DNA of 64,000 bases from the NCBI GenBank assembly GCA_023264635.1, contig JAHFLT010000002.1, positions 19,139-83,138 on the forward strand, written 5' to 3'. A program made the position numbers and the translations under genes. The number at the start of each line of letters is the position of its first letter. The first letter of the stretch is position 1. The stretch comes from Candidatus Woesearchaeota archaeon. GTDB lineage: Archaea; Nanobdellota; Nanobdellia; Woesearchaeales; JAGVYF01. The notes beneath the pieces are model-generated. The model had not been told where the DNA came from and searched no databases. It saw nothing but the letters and a program-made list of their open reading frames with translations. Below, piece by piece: positions 34,595 to 44,807 of the stretch.

Positions 34595-36355
34595 ATGGCA
34601 AAGATACGCAGCCCTATATGTGTTGTGGTTGGCCATGTTGACCACGGAAAAAGCAGCCTCCTGGATAGAATAAGGGGAACAACTATTGTAGAGACTGAAG
34701 CAGGACGTATTACCCAAGCTATTGGGGCATCCATTGTCCCTCTCGAGACCATTAAGAGAATATGTGGCACTCAACTTGCTGCTTTGAAGTTAAACTTCAC
34801 GATCCCTGGCCTGATGTTCATAGATACTCCAGGTCATGCTGCATTTGCAAGTCTTAGGAAACGCGGTGGAAACATTGCAGACATCGCAATTCTTGTTGTT
34901 GACATTAATGAGGGGTTCAAACCACAGACAGTGGAATCTATCGAAATTTTGAGGGCATTTAAGACTCCATTTATTATCGCTGCCAACAAGATAGATCTAA
35001 TTTCTGGCTGGAAAAGCAAGGATGAATCTCTGCTTGCCACTATCAAAGTACAAGACCAGAGAGTGATAAACACGCTCGAGACAAAAATGTATGAGCTTGT
35101 AGCCCGATTGAGTGAGATGGGATTGCAGGCAGAACGCTTTGACAGGGTTGAAGACTATACTAAGCAGATTTCTATCATCCCATTGTCTGCTGCAACAGGA
35201 GAGGGAATTTCGGAATTGCTTATGATTTTGGCAGGACTTGCGCAACGCTATCTCGAGCTGAGCCTCAGAGTGGACGTGAACGAACGCGCGCAGGGGATTG
35301 TTTTGGAGGTAAAAGAAGAGAAAGGTCTGGGAAAAACGCTTGATGTTATTATCCATAATGGAACTCTGAGGGTAAATGATACTATTGTTATTGGTGGGTT
35401 AGAGAAACCAATCATCACCAAAGTGCGTTCCCTTTTCGAGCCAGCTCTCCTTACAGAAATGCGCGACAAGAAGACAAAATTCCACTCCGTGAAAGAGGCG
35501 CGCGCCGCGATTGGCATTAAGATTTCAACGCCTACGTGTGAAGATGTTGTTGCTGGGATGCCCCTTCGTGCATGCGAGAAGAATGAGTGCACAAAAACAT
35601 GCGTTGAGATAATGAAGGAAGTGCAGGAAGTTCTTATTGCAACAGATAAGGAAGGCGTTGTGATAAAAGCAGACACCATTGGAGGCCTTGAAGCACTGAC
35701 AATGATGCTCCGACAGCGAAAGATACCGATAAAGCGCGCTGAGATCGGCGCAATTACGAAGAAGGACCTTGCAGAAGCAGAGGCAAATAGAGAGAAAGAG
35801 CCACGCTACGCTACAATAATGGGCTTTAATGTGACTACGGATATTACAGAAACGGGCGAGGTAAAAATATTTCTTAGTAATATTATCTACCGTTTGCTTG
35901 AAGATTATGAACAATGGGTGGCAGAAGAGACAAAGAAGAAAGAACAAACGGTTTTGGCGCAAATTGTCCGACCATGTAAGCTTCGGGTTATACCCGGTTA
36001 TGTCTTCAGACAGAAAAATCCCGCTGTTTGTGGAGTAGAGATAGTAGCTGGAAAAGCACATGCTGGCATTTCTCTGATAAATGTGCAGGGAGAAAATATT
36101 ACTACTATCAAAGGTATGCAGAAAGAACGTGAAAACGTGATGAGCGCAAAAGAAAACGACCAGATTGCGATGTCTCTTGACAAGGTAACCATGGGTAGGA
36201 ACTTGCATGAGGGAGACATTCTCTACAGTAATATAGAAGAGGCAGGATATCGAAAGCTTAAAGAGATGAAAAAGTTCTTAAGCGACAAGGAGATCGATGT
36301 CCTCAAGGAGATCGCTGCTATCAAGCGTAAAGAAAATCCGACATGGGGACTCTAA
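34595..36355 (+). CDS. infB: Translation initiation factor aIF5B (IF-2 homologue)
   Basis: 'RSPICVVVGHVDHGKSSLLDRIRGT', 'FIDTPGHAAF', 'ANKIDL'; 586 aa. Confidence 0.9.
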   Translation: MAKIRSPICVVVGHVDHGKSSLLDRIRGTTIVETEAGRITQAIGASIVPLETIKRICGTQLAALKLNFTIPGLMFIDTPGHAAFASLRKRGGNIADIAILVVDINEGFKPQTVESIEILRAFKTPFIIAANKIDLISGWKSKDESLLATIKVQDQRVINTLETKMYELVARLSEMGLQAERFDRVEDYTKQISIIPLSAATGEGISELLMILAGLAQRYLELSLRVDVNERAQGIVLEVKEEKGLGKTLDVIIHNGTLRVNDTIVIGGLEKPIITKVRSLFEPALLTEMRDKKTKFHSVKEARAAIGIKISTPTCEDVVAGMPLRACEKNECTKTCVEIMKEVQEVLIATDKEGVVIKADTIGGLEALTMMLRQRKIPIKRAEIGAITKKDLAEAEANREKEPRYATIMGFNVTTDITETGEVKIFLSNIIYRLLEDYEQWVAEETKKKEQTVLAQIVRPCKLRVIPGYVFRQKNPAVCGVEIVAGKAHAGISLINVQGENITTIKGMQKERENVMSAKENDQIAMSLDKVTMGRNLHEGDILYSNIEEAGYRKLKEMKKFLSDKEIDVLKEIAAIKRKENPTWGL

Positions 36356-36398
36356 GGTCTTTCCCATTATGATTACTCTCTTATTACTTCTTAAGAAA

Positions 36399-37373
36399 TT
36401 ACTTTTGTAGAATAACAAAAGCTGCGAGCAGCAATGCTGGAAAAAATAATAAGGCAAAAAGCTGTAGTGGAAGTGGCTCATTTGGTGGTGTGTGTCGTAT
36501 TGGAAAATGAGTAATGTGTGTGCTTTCTTCTGCGGGAGGTGACTCCGCTTTTGATGGTCCATGGAGAAAGAGTGAATATAATTTTTTCTTTTCAAACCCA
36601 GTAACTTCAATAGTATACAACCCCTCCTTTTCAGGGATAATGGGAAGCACTATTGTAGTAACTGTTTTAGGAAAAGAAGAGGAAAAAATCTTTTTCGTGC
36701 CTTTTCGCAATGAGAGTGTAAATGATTGAGACGTATTAACCAAAAGAGAAACTGTTGCATTTTCTGCCTGCGTGATATTCACATGGAAAAATGTGTTTGA
36801 CGGCTTATTTTGTTTGGTATCGCGCTTAGTAATATCATAACTAATTGATTGTTCAACTTGTTTTTTCCCTAGTGAAGAGTCTTCGTTTTCAGATGTCTCA
36901 GTCTCTTCACCGTGGTATTCTGCATCAACCACATGAATAGTTTTACATGCTTCATTGTTTGATGTATCACTATCAGTATTACGGATATGCCCACACAAGA
37001 CATATATTCCGGTCTCATTGACAAGAAGAAAACCCGTATCTGTTGTTGTATATCTATTAATGGACTTCCTGAATGACCCCGTCAGGACAACTTCTCCGTT
37101 CTTCCTTAGTGCATATAATATAGTAACATCTTCCTTTCCTAAAGAAGGATGCCTGTTGCTGACTTTGAACAATTTAGTGTAAGGAATATGAATTGTGATT
37201 GTGTCATTGAGAACTATCGACAATGCCACATCTGGTTCTAATGAAAAGACAGGCTGCACAAGAAACAGCAACAGTAAGACACATAGTTCTTTCATGCACT
37301 GACGCGCAATACCACAATTATATAAAAGTCTCGATTCAGAGCCCGAAAACCACAAAACTCTAAAATCAACCAT
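36399..37373 (-). CDS. Hypothetical secreted/surface protein (signal peptide, C-terminal TM anchor)
   Basis: N-term 'LCVLLLLFLVQPVFS'; C-term 'LQLFALLFFPALLLAAFVILQK'. Confidence 0.5.
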   Translation of the reverse strand: MVDFRVLWFSGSESRLLYNCGIARQCMKELCVLLLLFLVQPVFSLEPDVALSIVLNDTITIHIPYTKLFKVSNRHPSLGKEDVTILYALRKNGEVVLTGSFRKSINRYTTTDTGFLLVNETGIYVLCGHIRNTDSDTSNNEACKTIHVVDAEYHGEETETSENEDSSLGKKQVEQSISYDITKRDTKQNKPSNTFFHVNITQAENATVSLLVNTSQSFTLSLRKGTKKIFSSSFPKTVTTIVLPIIPEKEGLYTIEVTGFEKKKLYSLFLHGPSKAESPPAEESTHITHFPIRHTPPNEPLPLQLFALLFFPALLLAAFVILQK

Positions 37374-37387
37374 ACTTACTACCTGTT

Positions 37388-38245
37388 ATGCTTACTGCCG
37401 TAATTACTGTACCTGTGGCAGATGTCTTTTCTGAGCCACAACCATCTTCGTTAGAGCACCAACTTCTTCTCGGGGAAAGTGTTACCGTTCAGGAGAAGAA
37501 TGGGGGTTATTGCCGCATAACATCCTACAATGAGCAATATCCGGGGTGGATAAGAAAAGAGCAATGCAGAATATATGATATTTGTGAAGCATTGTATGCG
37601 GAAAAAAACGTCGTTATGGTAGCTGACAAACATATCAGGTGTTACATACCAAACCAGAGAAATTTTCTTTCTTTATTAGCGGGGACAAAAGTGGAAGCCT
37701 GTGATAACAAAGGAAGCTATCTTGAAGTTCTGTTACCTTCGCATGATAATGGGTTGATTGATCCAGAAGGAGTTATTTACCATCAACATTGTTCTTCACC
37801 ACAGCAGATAATTTCAACAGCGCGAGAAATTAGTACGTGGGAGATCCCTTATCTCTGGGGAGGCATGACGCCGAAAGGTATAGACTGCTCCGGGTTAATG
37901 AAACTTATTCTGCGTCTTAATGGGACAGAAACATTTCCACGGGATTCATGGCAACAATATGCATGTACTACTGGTGCCCAATATGATGAGCGCACTGTTG
38001 CGCACAAGATAACTGACCACACTACACTGCAGCCAGGTGACATGGTTTTTTTTACTGCACCAGAAAAAGAACCACGAGTAACACACGTAGGTATGATGCT
38101 CAATTCAACCCATTTTCTTCACGCATCTAAAAGAGTGCATGATGCAACTGGTGGAAGAAACGCGCTTGCACTATCGACATTTGTCAGAGATTCATTCTTT
38201 GATGATTATTACGAGAAGTATTTTGTAGGGGGAAGGAGGTTTTGA
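37388..38245 (+). CDS. NlpC/P60 (C40) family peptidase with N-terminal SH3-like region
   Basis: Catalytic Cys context 'WGGMTPKGIDCSGLMKLI'; His in 'VTHVGMM'. Confidence 0.65.
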   Translation: MLTAVITVPVADVFSEPQPSSLEHQLLLGESVTVQEKNGGYCRITSYNEQYPGWIRKEQCRIYDICEALYAEKNVVMVADKHIRCYIPNQRNFLSLLAGTKVEACDNKGSYLEVLLPSHDNGLIDPEGVIYHQHCSSPQQIISTAREISTWEIPYLWGGMTPKGIDCSGLMKLILRLNGTETFPRDSWQQYACTTGAQYDERTVAHKITDHTTLQPGDMVFFTAPEKEPRVTHVGMMLNSTHFLHASKRVHDATGGRNALALSTFVRDSFFDDYYEKYFVGGRRF

Positions 38246-38883
38246 ATGTAATGAACACGAAGTTATATTTCCTGGACATTTTTTCAAAAGCAGAAAAGAA
38301 GTATGGACACTCTATAAAGCGACTAGCAGCAGAAGGATGGAAGCTTCACTGGCAAACGCTTATTGTCACGATAATGAGCGCACAATCCCGTGATGAGACA
38401 ACAATTCCTATTGCTGAAAAATTGTTTGAGAGATATCCTACGCTCCCAGCATTAGCATCTGCACTGTATGATGATGTTTTTGCTATTCTGAAACCTCTTA
38501 ATTATAACAAAACAAAGAGTAAGCATGTTATTGCAACTGCGTACCATTTGCTTCAGCATCATAGAGGGAATGTTCCTCATACAATGGATGAATTACTTTG
38601 CATTCCGGGAGTTGGTCGTAAAACCGCAAATCTTGTGTTGAGTGAGTGTCATAGTAAAGATGCGATTTGTATTGATACTCATTGCCACCGTATTCTCAAT
38701 GTTTTAGGCATTGTGAAAACGAAAAATCCCCATCAAACAGAAGGAGCAATGATGAAGATAGCTCCGAGAGAGTATTGGTCTCGCATTAACAGGATTCTTG
38801 TCCTCTGGGGGAAGGATTGTCCTGGGAGAGACAAAAAAAGATTGCTGGAGAAACTGGAAGAAAAAAAGAGAAAAGAACATTAA
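38242..38883 (+). CDS. HhH-GPD base-excision DNA glycosylase (endonuclease III-like, apparently without the [4Fe-4S] Cys cluster)
   Basis: 'LLCIPGVGRKTANLVLSECHSKDAICIDTHCHRILNVLGIV' HhH-GPD motif with catalytic Asp; only one Cys in the C-terminal tail. Confidence 0.65.
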   Translation: MNVMNTKLYFLDIFSKAEKKYGHSIKRLAAEGWKLHWQTLIVTIMSAQSRDETTIPIAEKLFERYPTLPALASALYDDVFAILKPLNYNKTKSKHVIATAYHLLQHHRGNVPHTMDELLCIPGVGRKTANLVLSECHSKDAICIDTHCHRILNVLGIVKTKNPHQTEGAMMKIAPREYWSRINRILVLWGKDCPGRDKKRLLEKLEEKKRKEH

Positions 38884-39896
38884 CGTTTCAGTCCGTATTT
38901 TTTTAAGAATCCTTGGGGGTTATCCTGATATTCTTGAGTAGTTGCAATCTGTGGCGCATAAAAGTCGCTAACACAATATTTTCCATTGGTTTCTACAATA
39001 GTCCAATGGTAGAATCCCACTTTATCGTGATTGCTCAGATTGACACATCGCAGTATGTCTGGTGCATTTTCAAGAATGGACTCGACATTGTCTGGGGTCA
39101 CTTCTCGTGCTCCTCTACTTCTTCTGTCGCTTCTCCACAGGGGGAAATGTTTTTCGATCAAATCATTATACCCATCAATGACTGTTTTACCATATGCTTC
39201 TACTTCAGATGTCACTCTCCAATCAATTGTTGGTGGCTGGTGAACACTCGTAACTACTGCCCACTTCATGGCAGACAAAACAGTTGTTTCCCGTGCCATG
39301 CATGTCGCTACAGGATTATATTTCCCTTTTTCTTTGTGGAGTTTGTCCACCAAGGCAGCTAATCCTACCAGGCATGTTCCCTTTGGAATTTTTTCCACTT
39401 CCTGCATGATATTTTCCGTTGTCCAGTTAGGTAATGTATTAGATGGCGCTAATCTTTGCGTGGCGATTGTGACGGCGTCAACCGCAGGAGAAATGGTGAC
39501 AGGATCCAAAAGAGGATAATAAACGTCTGTTGGATTGAGTGCGGTACGCACTCCCTGTTTTAACCCAAAGATAGGATGCGTGTAAACAGCATGGAGGTGC
39601 TTAATCGCTGATGTTACCTTGTCTGTGTATTGCTCCTGCAGTGTTCGAATGCAGTCGAAATATCTGCTTAGTTCTTTTGTTTCATGATAATACCCTTCTT
39701 TGGGATGATCTTTAACAGTGAATCCGCTGTCTTTCACTGCTTGTTCAGCAATGGGTAATAAGCCTGCTTCAAACTGCTTCATTGCATCACGTACTTCTGA
39801 TTCTAGTGCTCGATAATATTGGACATCCTCGATAATTAGGTGGTGTGATTTCATTTTTATCCTCCTATGGCACAATACGTTTGTTGACAAAGACAA
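38880..39896 (-). CDS. Hypothetical protein, possible transglutaminase-like cysteine peptidase fold (speculative)
   Basis: 'GTCLVGLAALVDKL' (G-x-C...A..L) and 'YHWTIVETNGKYCVSD' (cf. H.W.EVY..G.W...D of TGase-like cores). Confidence 0.4.
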   Translation of the reverse strand: MSLSTNVLCHRRIKMKSHHLIIEDVQYYRALESEVRDAMKQFEAGLLPIAEQAVKDSGFTVKDHPKEGYYHETKELSRYFDCIRTLQEQYTDKVTSAIKHLHAVYTHPIFGLKQGVRTALNPTDVYYPLLDPVTISPAVDAVTIATQRLAPSNTLPNWTTENIMQEVEKIPKGTCLVGLAALVDKLHKEKGKYNPVATCMARETTVLSAMKWAVVTSVHQPPTIDWRVTSEVEAYGKTVIDGYNDLIEKHFPLWRSDRRSRGAREVTPDNVESILENAPDILRCVNLSNHDKVGFYHWTIVETNGKYCVSDFYAPQIATTQEYQDNPQGFLKKYGLKR

Positions 39897-39936
39897 GGAA
39901 CATTTATATATTTATCGTCAAGAAACAGCCAATCCC

Positions 39937-42534
39937 ATGATTACGTATAAGACTGTTCCAAACAAGCCAGAGGATTTGGTAGGGATACTTAATCCTACCA
40001 TCTTGAGGTGGTTCTACTCCAAGTTCAAAGAGTTCTCGCTTCCGCAACTATTTGGCGTTTTTGAGATCCATTGCAGGAGGAATATTCTTGTCAGCGCGCC
40101 AACAGGTGCAACAAAAACACTCACTGGTTTTCTTTCCATCCTCAATGAGCTTGTTGACTCTTCACAAAAAAATATTCTCGAAGATAAGGTGTACTGTGTG
40201 TATATTTCTCCGCTTAAGGCACTTTCAAACGATATTGAAAAGAACTTGCTAGAGCCACTGAAGGAAATTGAAAAGATAAATGGAAAACCATTAGGTATCC
40301 GCATTGGTGTACGTACTGGAGATACAACGCCTGCGCAGAAGCAAAGGATGCTTGCCAAGCCCCCGCACATTCTCATAACAACGCCAGAATCATTAGCCAT
40401 TATGCTCACATCATTGCGCTTCCGCGATGCATTACGAAATGTGGATTGGTGTATTCTTGACGAGATCCATGCTCTTGCAGAGAATAAGCGCGGAGTCCAT
40501 CTGTCATTATCTCTTGAGCGCCTCCAGAGGATTTCCCCAGCTATATGCAGAATAGGCCTATCTGCAACAGTAGCCCCCCTGGATGATGTTGCACAGTTCC
40601 TTGTCGGAACAAACAGAGATTGCATGGTGGTGGATGTGCACTTCGTCAAGAGCCTTGACCTAAAAGTGCTTTCACCAGTGAAAGATGTTCTTGAAGCCAC
40701 ATACGATGAGCTCAACAGGAAAACATATGCACTTATTGACGACCTTATCCACCAGCATAAGACAACACTAATTTTTACAAATACCCGCGCAGGCACAGAA
40801 AGAGTGGTTCACAATCTGAAAACACTTTTCCCAAAGAAATACATCGAAGCGACTGATGATGATCCTACGCATGTAAGCACGCTGATTGGCGCGCATCATG
40901 GCAGCCTCTCAAAACGTCACCGGTTAATGATAGAGGAAAAACTCAGGAGGGGAGAACTAAAAGCATGCGTCTCTTCAACAAGCCTGGAATTGGGGCTCGA
41001 CATCGGATACATAGACTTGGTGATTTGCTTGGGTTCACCAAAATCAGTTGCACGGTTTTTACAGCGTGCAGGACGTGCTGGCCACAAGTTGCATGAGACG
41101 GTGAAAGCGCGGATGATAGTACTGGACCGTGATGATTTGGTGGAATGCGCAGTGCTACTCAAAAGCGCGATTGAACGGAAGATTGACAAACTGCACATTC
41201 CTAAAAATTGCCTTGACGTATTGGCGCAGCAGATAGTTGCCATTGCGCTTGAGGATGTCATAGAGGTCAAAACGTTATACGATTTAATCAGACAGAGCTA
41301 TTGTTATAGGAACCTTCCTTATGACCAGTTCATGCAGATCATTGAGTACCTTGCAGGTGAATTCGTTTCCTTGGAAGACAGACATGTCTATGCAAAGATC
41401 TGGCACAATGAAGGGAAAATAGGCAAGAGAGGTAAGATGACGCGTGTCATTTTCATGACAAACAATGGCACCATCCCCGATGAGACGGGTGTTGTTGTGA
41501 AGCTCGGCACTGAACCAATTGGGATGATAGATGAGCAATTTCTTGAAAAGCTGAAGAAAGGAGACATCTTTGTGCTTGGGGGGGATTGCTATGAATTCCT
41601 GCACGCCAAAGGAATGGTCGCTTATGTGCATGCTGCTGTGGGAAAAAAACCAACAGTTCCTTCATGGGTATCAGAGATGCTCCCATTATCATTTGACCTT
41701 GGTGTTGAGATTCAGCGCTTCTTCGGCAACGTCAATGACATAATCACAGCAAACACATCGAAAAAGGAAACTATCTCTTTCATCAACAACAACCTTTACG
41801 TTGATGAAAAAGCGGCAGAGGCGATTTACAATTACGTAAAGGAACAATATGATTTCGCTGCCTTGCCACACACAAAGCGTCTGCTTGTAGAACATTATTT
41901 TGATGGAGAGAAGCATTACTCTATTTTCCATGCTGCTTACGGAAGAAGAGTAAATGATGTCCTTTCTCGTGCCATAGCATTTTCTATCGGAAGAAGCCAG
42001 CACAAGGATGTTGAGGTTGGAATTAATGATCACGGCTTCTATGTCGCATACGAGGGCAGCATCAATGTAATGAGAGCGTTATCTCTGCTAAAAGCAAATG
42101 ATTTACGGACTGCATTGGAAATGGCGATTGACCAAAGTGAAGTGCTCCGACGGCGCTTTCGGCATTGCGCATGCCGCTCACTCATGATATTAAGGAATTA
42201 TATGGGCTACACAAAAAGAGTTGGCAGACAACAGGTAAGCAGTATGATCCTGATGAATGCCGTCAAGCGCATAAGCAACAATTTCTGCATTTTACAGGAA
42301 GCAAAACGAGAAGTACTGGAAGATGTGATGGACATCGAGAACGCCAACAAAGTTTTGCAGGCGATGGAAGATAAAACTATTTCGCTGAAAGAGATAGAAA
42401 CCAAGATTCCAAGCCCATTCGCACATACGCTTATCTTACAGGGATATTCTGATGTTCTACGAATCGAAGACAAGCATGAATTCCTTAAGAAAATGCATGC
42501 ACTAGTGTTGGCTAAGATAGGTCTAAAGAGGTGA
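39937..42534 (+). CDS. lhr: Lhr-core type DEAD/DEAH-box ATP-dependent helicase
   Basis: Walker A 'SAPTGATKT', 'ILDEIHAL' (DEIH), 'SAT', 'QRAGRAGH'; 865 aa including the C-terminal Lhr-specific region. Confidence 0.85.
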   Translation: MITYKTVPNKPEDLVGILNPTILRWFYSKFKEFSLPQLFGVFEIHCRRNILVSAPTGATKTLTGFLSILNELVDSSQKNILEDKVYCVYISPLKALSNDIEKNLLEPLKEIEKINGKPLGIRIGVRTGDTTPAQKQRMLAKPPHILITTPESLAIMLTSLRFRDALRNVDWCILDEIHALAENKRGVHLSLSLERLQRISPAICRIGLSATVAPLDDVAQFLVGTNRDCMVVDVHFVKSLDLKVLSPVKDVLEATYDELNRKTYALIDDLIHQHKTTLIFTNTRAGTERVVHNLKTLFPKKYIEATDDDPTHVSTLIGAHHGSLSKRHRLMIEEKLRRGELKACVSSTSLELGLDIGYIDLVICLGSPKSVARFLQRAGRAGHKLHETVKARMIVLDRDDLVECAVLLKSAIERKIDKLHIPKNCLDVLAQQIVAIALEDVIEVKTLYDLIRQSYCYRNLPYDQFMQIIEYLAGEFVSLEDRHVYAKIWHNEGKIGKRGKMTRVIFMTNNGTIPDETGVVVKLGTEPIGMIDEQFLEKLKKGDIFVLGGDCYEFLHAKGMVAYVHAAVGKKPTVPSWVSEMLPLSFDLGVEIQRFFGNVNDIITANTSKKETISFINNNLYVDEKAAEAIYNYVKEQYDFAALPHTKRLLVEHYFDGEKHYSIFHAAYGRRVNDVLSRAIAFSIGRSQHKDVEVGINDHGFYVAYEGSINVMRALSLLKANDLRTALEMAIDQSEVLRRRFRHCACRSLMILRNYMGYTKRVGRQQVSSMILMNAVKRISNNFCILQEAKREVLEDVMDIENANKVLQAMEDKTISLKEIETKIPSPFAHTLILQGYSDVLRIEDKHEFLKKMHALVLAKIGLKR

Positions 42535-42563
42535 TTCTTAAAATGATTCTTAAAGAATTACTT

Positions 42564-42962
42564 TTACAGTAAAGACGATAGTTTGCAAATACTATCTCTC
42601 AGTTGGTAGCGTGGAACAGTTGAAGACTGAGAGTTCATTCTAGCTTGATTCATAACCTTTGTCACAAACCGGGCTAATCTCTCTGGCACATCATCTTCCT
42701 CAGCTATTCTTATATTCACAAAGCTTGCCAATGGGTCATCTGGTGAAAATGCGACGCTATGCATGCCTTTCTCGAGCCGCCTGGTTTCGAGGATGATATT
42801 CTCAGCAAGCTTAACGATATCTCGGTCATCCTTAGTGATATGTTTTACCAGCTGTTTCTGCTTGCCATCTATTTCATAGACAACTCTCACATCAAAAGAC
42901 TGATTATCAAAATAGTAGTTAACGGCTTCTGCTTTTACAAACGTAAGTGAGATATCCTTCAT
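42564..42962 (-). CDS. Hypothetical protein
   Basis: 132-aa ORF exactly filling the gap between convergent neighbours. Confidence 0.4.
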   Translation of the reverse strand: MKDISLTFVKAEAVNYYFDNQSFDVRVVYEIDGKQKQLVKHITKDDRDIVKLAENIILETRRLEKGMHSVAFSPDDPLASFVNIRIAEEDDVPERLARFVTKVMNQARMNSQSSTVPRYQLRDSICKLSSLL

Positions 42963-43039
42963 GTGTCCATTGAAGAAGCAAAATTCAGTTTATATATGTT
43001 ATGGCATAAATTTTAAAAGTTGGTTATCATCGTCTCCTT

Positions 43040-43864
43040 ATGCTTATTCCTCTTGCCGCTACTCTAGCAGGGACATTTTCATTAGTCTACACTAAATACC
43101 TTATGAGCCAAAGAAAAATGGGCTATCTCCCATACACGGTCCAGTCTTTTTGGGCAATCTTACTGGTGCTTCTGCCGGGCATATTTTTCATCCCTCCTCC
43201 GCAAGCCATCTCCCTGCAGGATATCATCCTCTTCATTCTTATGGTTGTGCTGGCATGCTTCTGGAACATTATCTTCTATCACGGTATCAAGGAAGAATCT
43301 CTGATAGAGTCTCAACTAGTCGTTATGCTGGTTCCTCTATTGGCTGCTCTGTTTGGTTTTGTCTTTTTTCAGGACGAGAGAAAAATAGCCACCCTATTGT
43401 TTCTTGTAATGGGAGTTGCTGCCATAGCGTGGGCACACATAAGCCACCACCAATTGAAGTTCCACAGCGGCTCATGGCTCATTATAATCGCCAGTATCTT
43501 TATTGCCTTTGAGTCTGTCCTTGTCAAACTCATTCTCCCCGCATTCACTATCTATTGGCTGTATTTCATGCGTGTCGTAGCCATTACTCTTATCCTAACA
43601 ATATTTTTTCCAAAAGCAGCAAAACCTGACAGAAGCACGATAGTACACATGATAGCAATAGGAATCCTGGTGGCGTTCCAATTTATCATGACCTACTGGT
43701 CATTTATCGTCTATGGTATTGTCTTTTCAAACCTTATTTTTTCACTTCTCCCCCTTTTTACAGCAACTGCAGGGTATTTTATCTTTCATGAGCACGTATC
43801 ACGAAAACAGCTTCTTGCGGGGATTATTCTGCTTGTCTGCGTTGTCATTGCCACAATTTTTTAA
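43040..43864 (+). CDS. EamA/DMT-superfamily membrane transporter
   Basis: ~10 hydrophobic helices in 274 aa; duplicated 5-TM architecture. Confidence 0.6.
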   Translation: MLIPLAATLAGTFSLVYTKYLMSQRKMGYLPYTVQSFWAILLVLLPGIFFIPPPQAISLQDIILFILMVVLACFWNIIFYHGIKEESLIESQLVVMLVPLLAALFGFVFFQDERKIATLLFLVMGVAAIAWAHISHHQLKFHSGSWLIIIASIFIAFESVLVKLILPAFTIYWLYFMRVVAITLILTIFFPKAAKPDRSTIVHMIAIGILVAFQFIMTYWSFIVYGIVFSNLIFSLLPLFTATAGYFIFHEHVSRKQLLAGIILLVCVVIATIF

Positions 43865-43887
43865 AATCACCTGACTTCCTTTAGGAT

Positions 43888-44598
43888 ATGCAGCTTACAA
43901 AAGGTATCAGCATCATGGACTTAGGCTTATGCATAGAAAGTAACCTTATCCTGGCAGATATCCACCTTGGCTATGAGGAATCACAGAACAGGAAAGGTGT
44001 CCTTATTCCGCGCGTGTTTTACAAAGCACTTACCGAACGATTAGCTAAAAGTCTGGAAGGAAAACACTTCACATCAATCATTCTAAATGGAGATGTGAAA
44101 CACGAATTCGGCAGCATTGCACCATCTGAATGGCGGACAATCCTCAGCTTCATTGATTTCTTAAGGAGATACACAGATAAAATTGTTATAATAGAAGGAA
44201 ACCACGACCCACTCTTGAAGCACATCACTGCGAAACGTAACGTTTCTTTGGTAGAGCATGTCTCACTGGGGAATACGTATATCACACACGGAGACGTCAT
44301 TCCAAAGGATAAAGAGTATGAAGCAGCCGAAATAATTGTTATTGGGCACGACCACCCCGCAATCTCATTGCGTAAGATGGCGCGTGTTGAAACGTACAAA
44401 TGCTTTCTGAAGGGAAAGTGGAAAGGGAAGACACTTATCGTCATGCCAAGCTGTAATCTTTTAACTGAAGGAAGTAATGTGCTTTCCAGAAAAGCGTTGA
44501 GTCCATTTCTAAAAGACAGAGAAGATTGTGAATTGTATGTTGTAGGAGATAATATATACCGCTTTGGAAAGATTAAGGATATACGCGAGAAAATGTGA
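43888..44598 (+). CDS. Calcineurin-like metallophosphoesterase (SbcD/Mre11-related small phosphoesterase)
   Basis: 'ILADIHLG' (D-x-H), 'ILNGDVKHEF' (GD), 'IIEGNHD' (GNHD), 'THGDV', 'IGHDHP'. Confidence 0.7.
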   Translation: MQLTKGISIMDLGLCIESNLILADIHLGYEESQNRKGVLIPRVFYKALTERLAKSLEGKHFTSIILNGDVKHEFGSIAPSEWRTILSFIDFLRRYTDKIVIIEGNHDPLLKHITAKRNVSLVEHVSLGNTYITHGDVIPKDKEYEAAEIIVIGHDHPAISLRKMARVETYKCFLKGKWKGKTLIVMPSCNLLTEGSNVLSRKALSPFLKDREDCELYVVGDNIYRFGKIKDIREKM

Positions 44599-44807
44599 CT
44601 ATTTTCCACAGATTACTATGTAAAGCGACGCAAAAACAGAAGTGGTTCCGCAACCGAAGATTGCAATGAGTTGTTTCTTTTTCCCAGGTTTTTGTGTTGA
44701 GCTGAAGTGAGTGAGAAGAACTGAAGGAGAAATCACAAAAAAGCTGACACTGGACACTGGTCAAGTGTGCATAGAACTTTTAAACAAGAACTAATTTTCT
44801 ATAAGCT

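Noticed and set aside
35525-36208. 227-aa minus-strand ORF
   Set aside because: Entirely antisense within the confidently identified aIF5B gene.
42530-42565. Direct repeat 'gattcttaaa(a)tgattcttaaag' between lhr and the downstream minus gene
   Set aside because: Only two short copies in a 30-bp convergent spacer; probably fortuitous or part of a simple terminator, not a distinct element.
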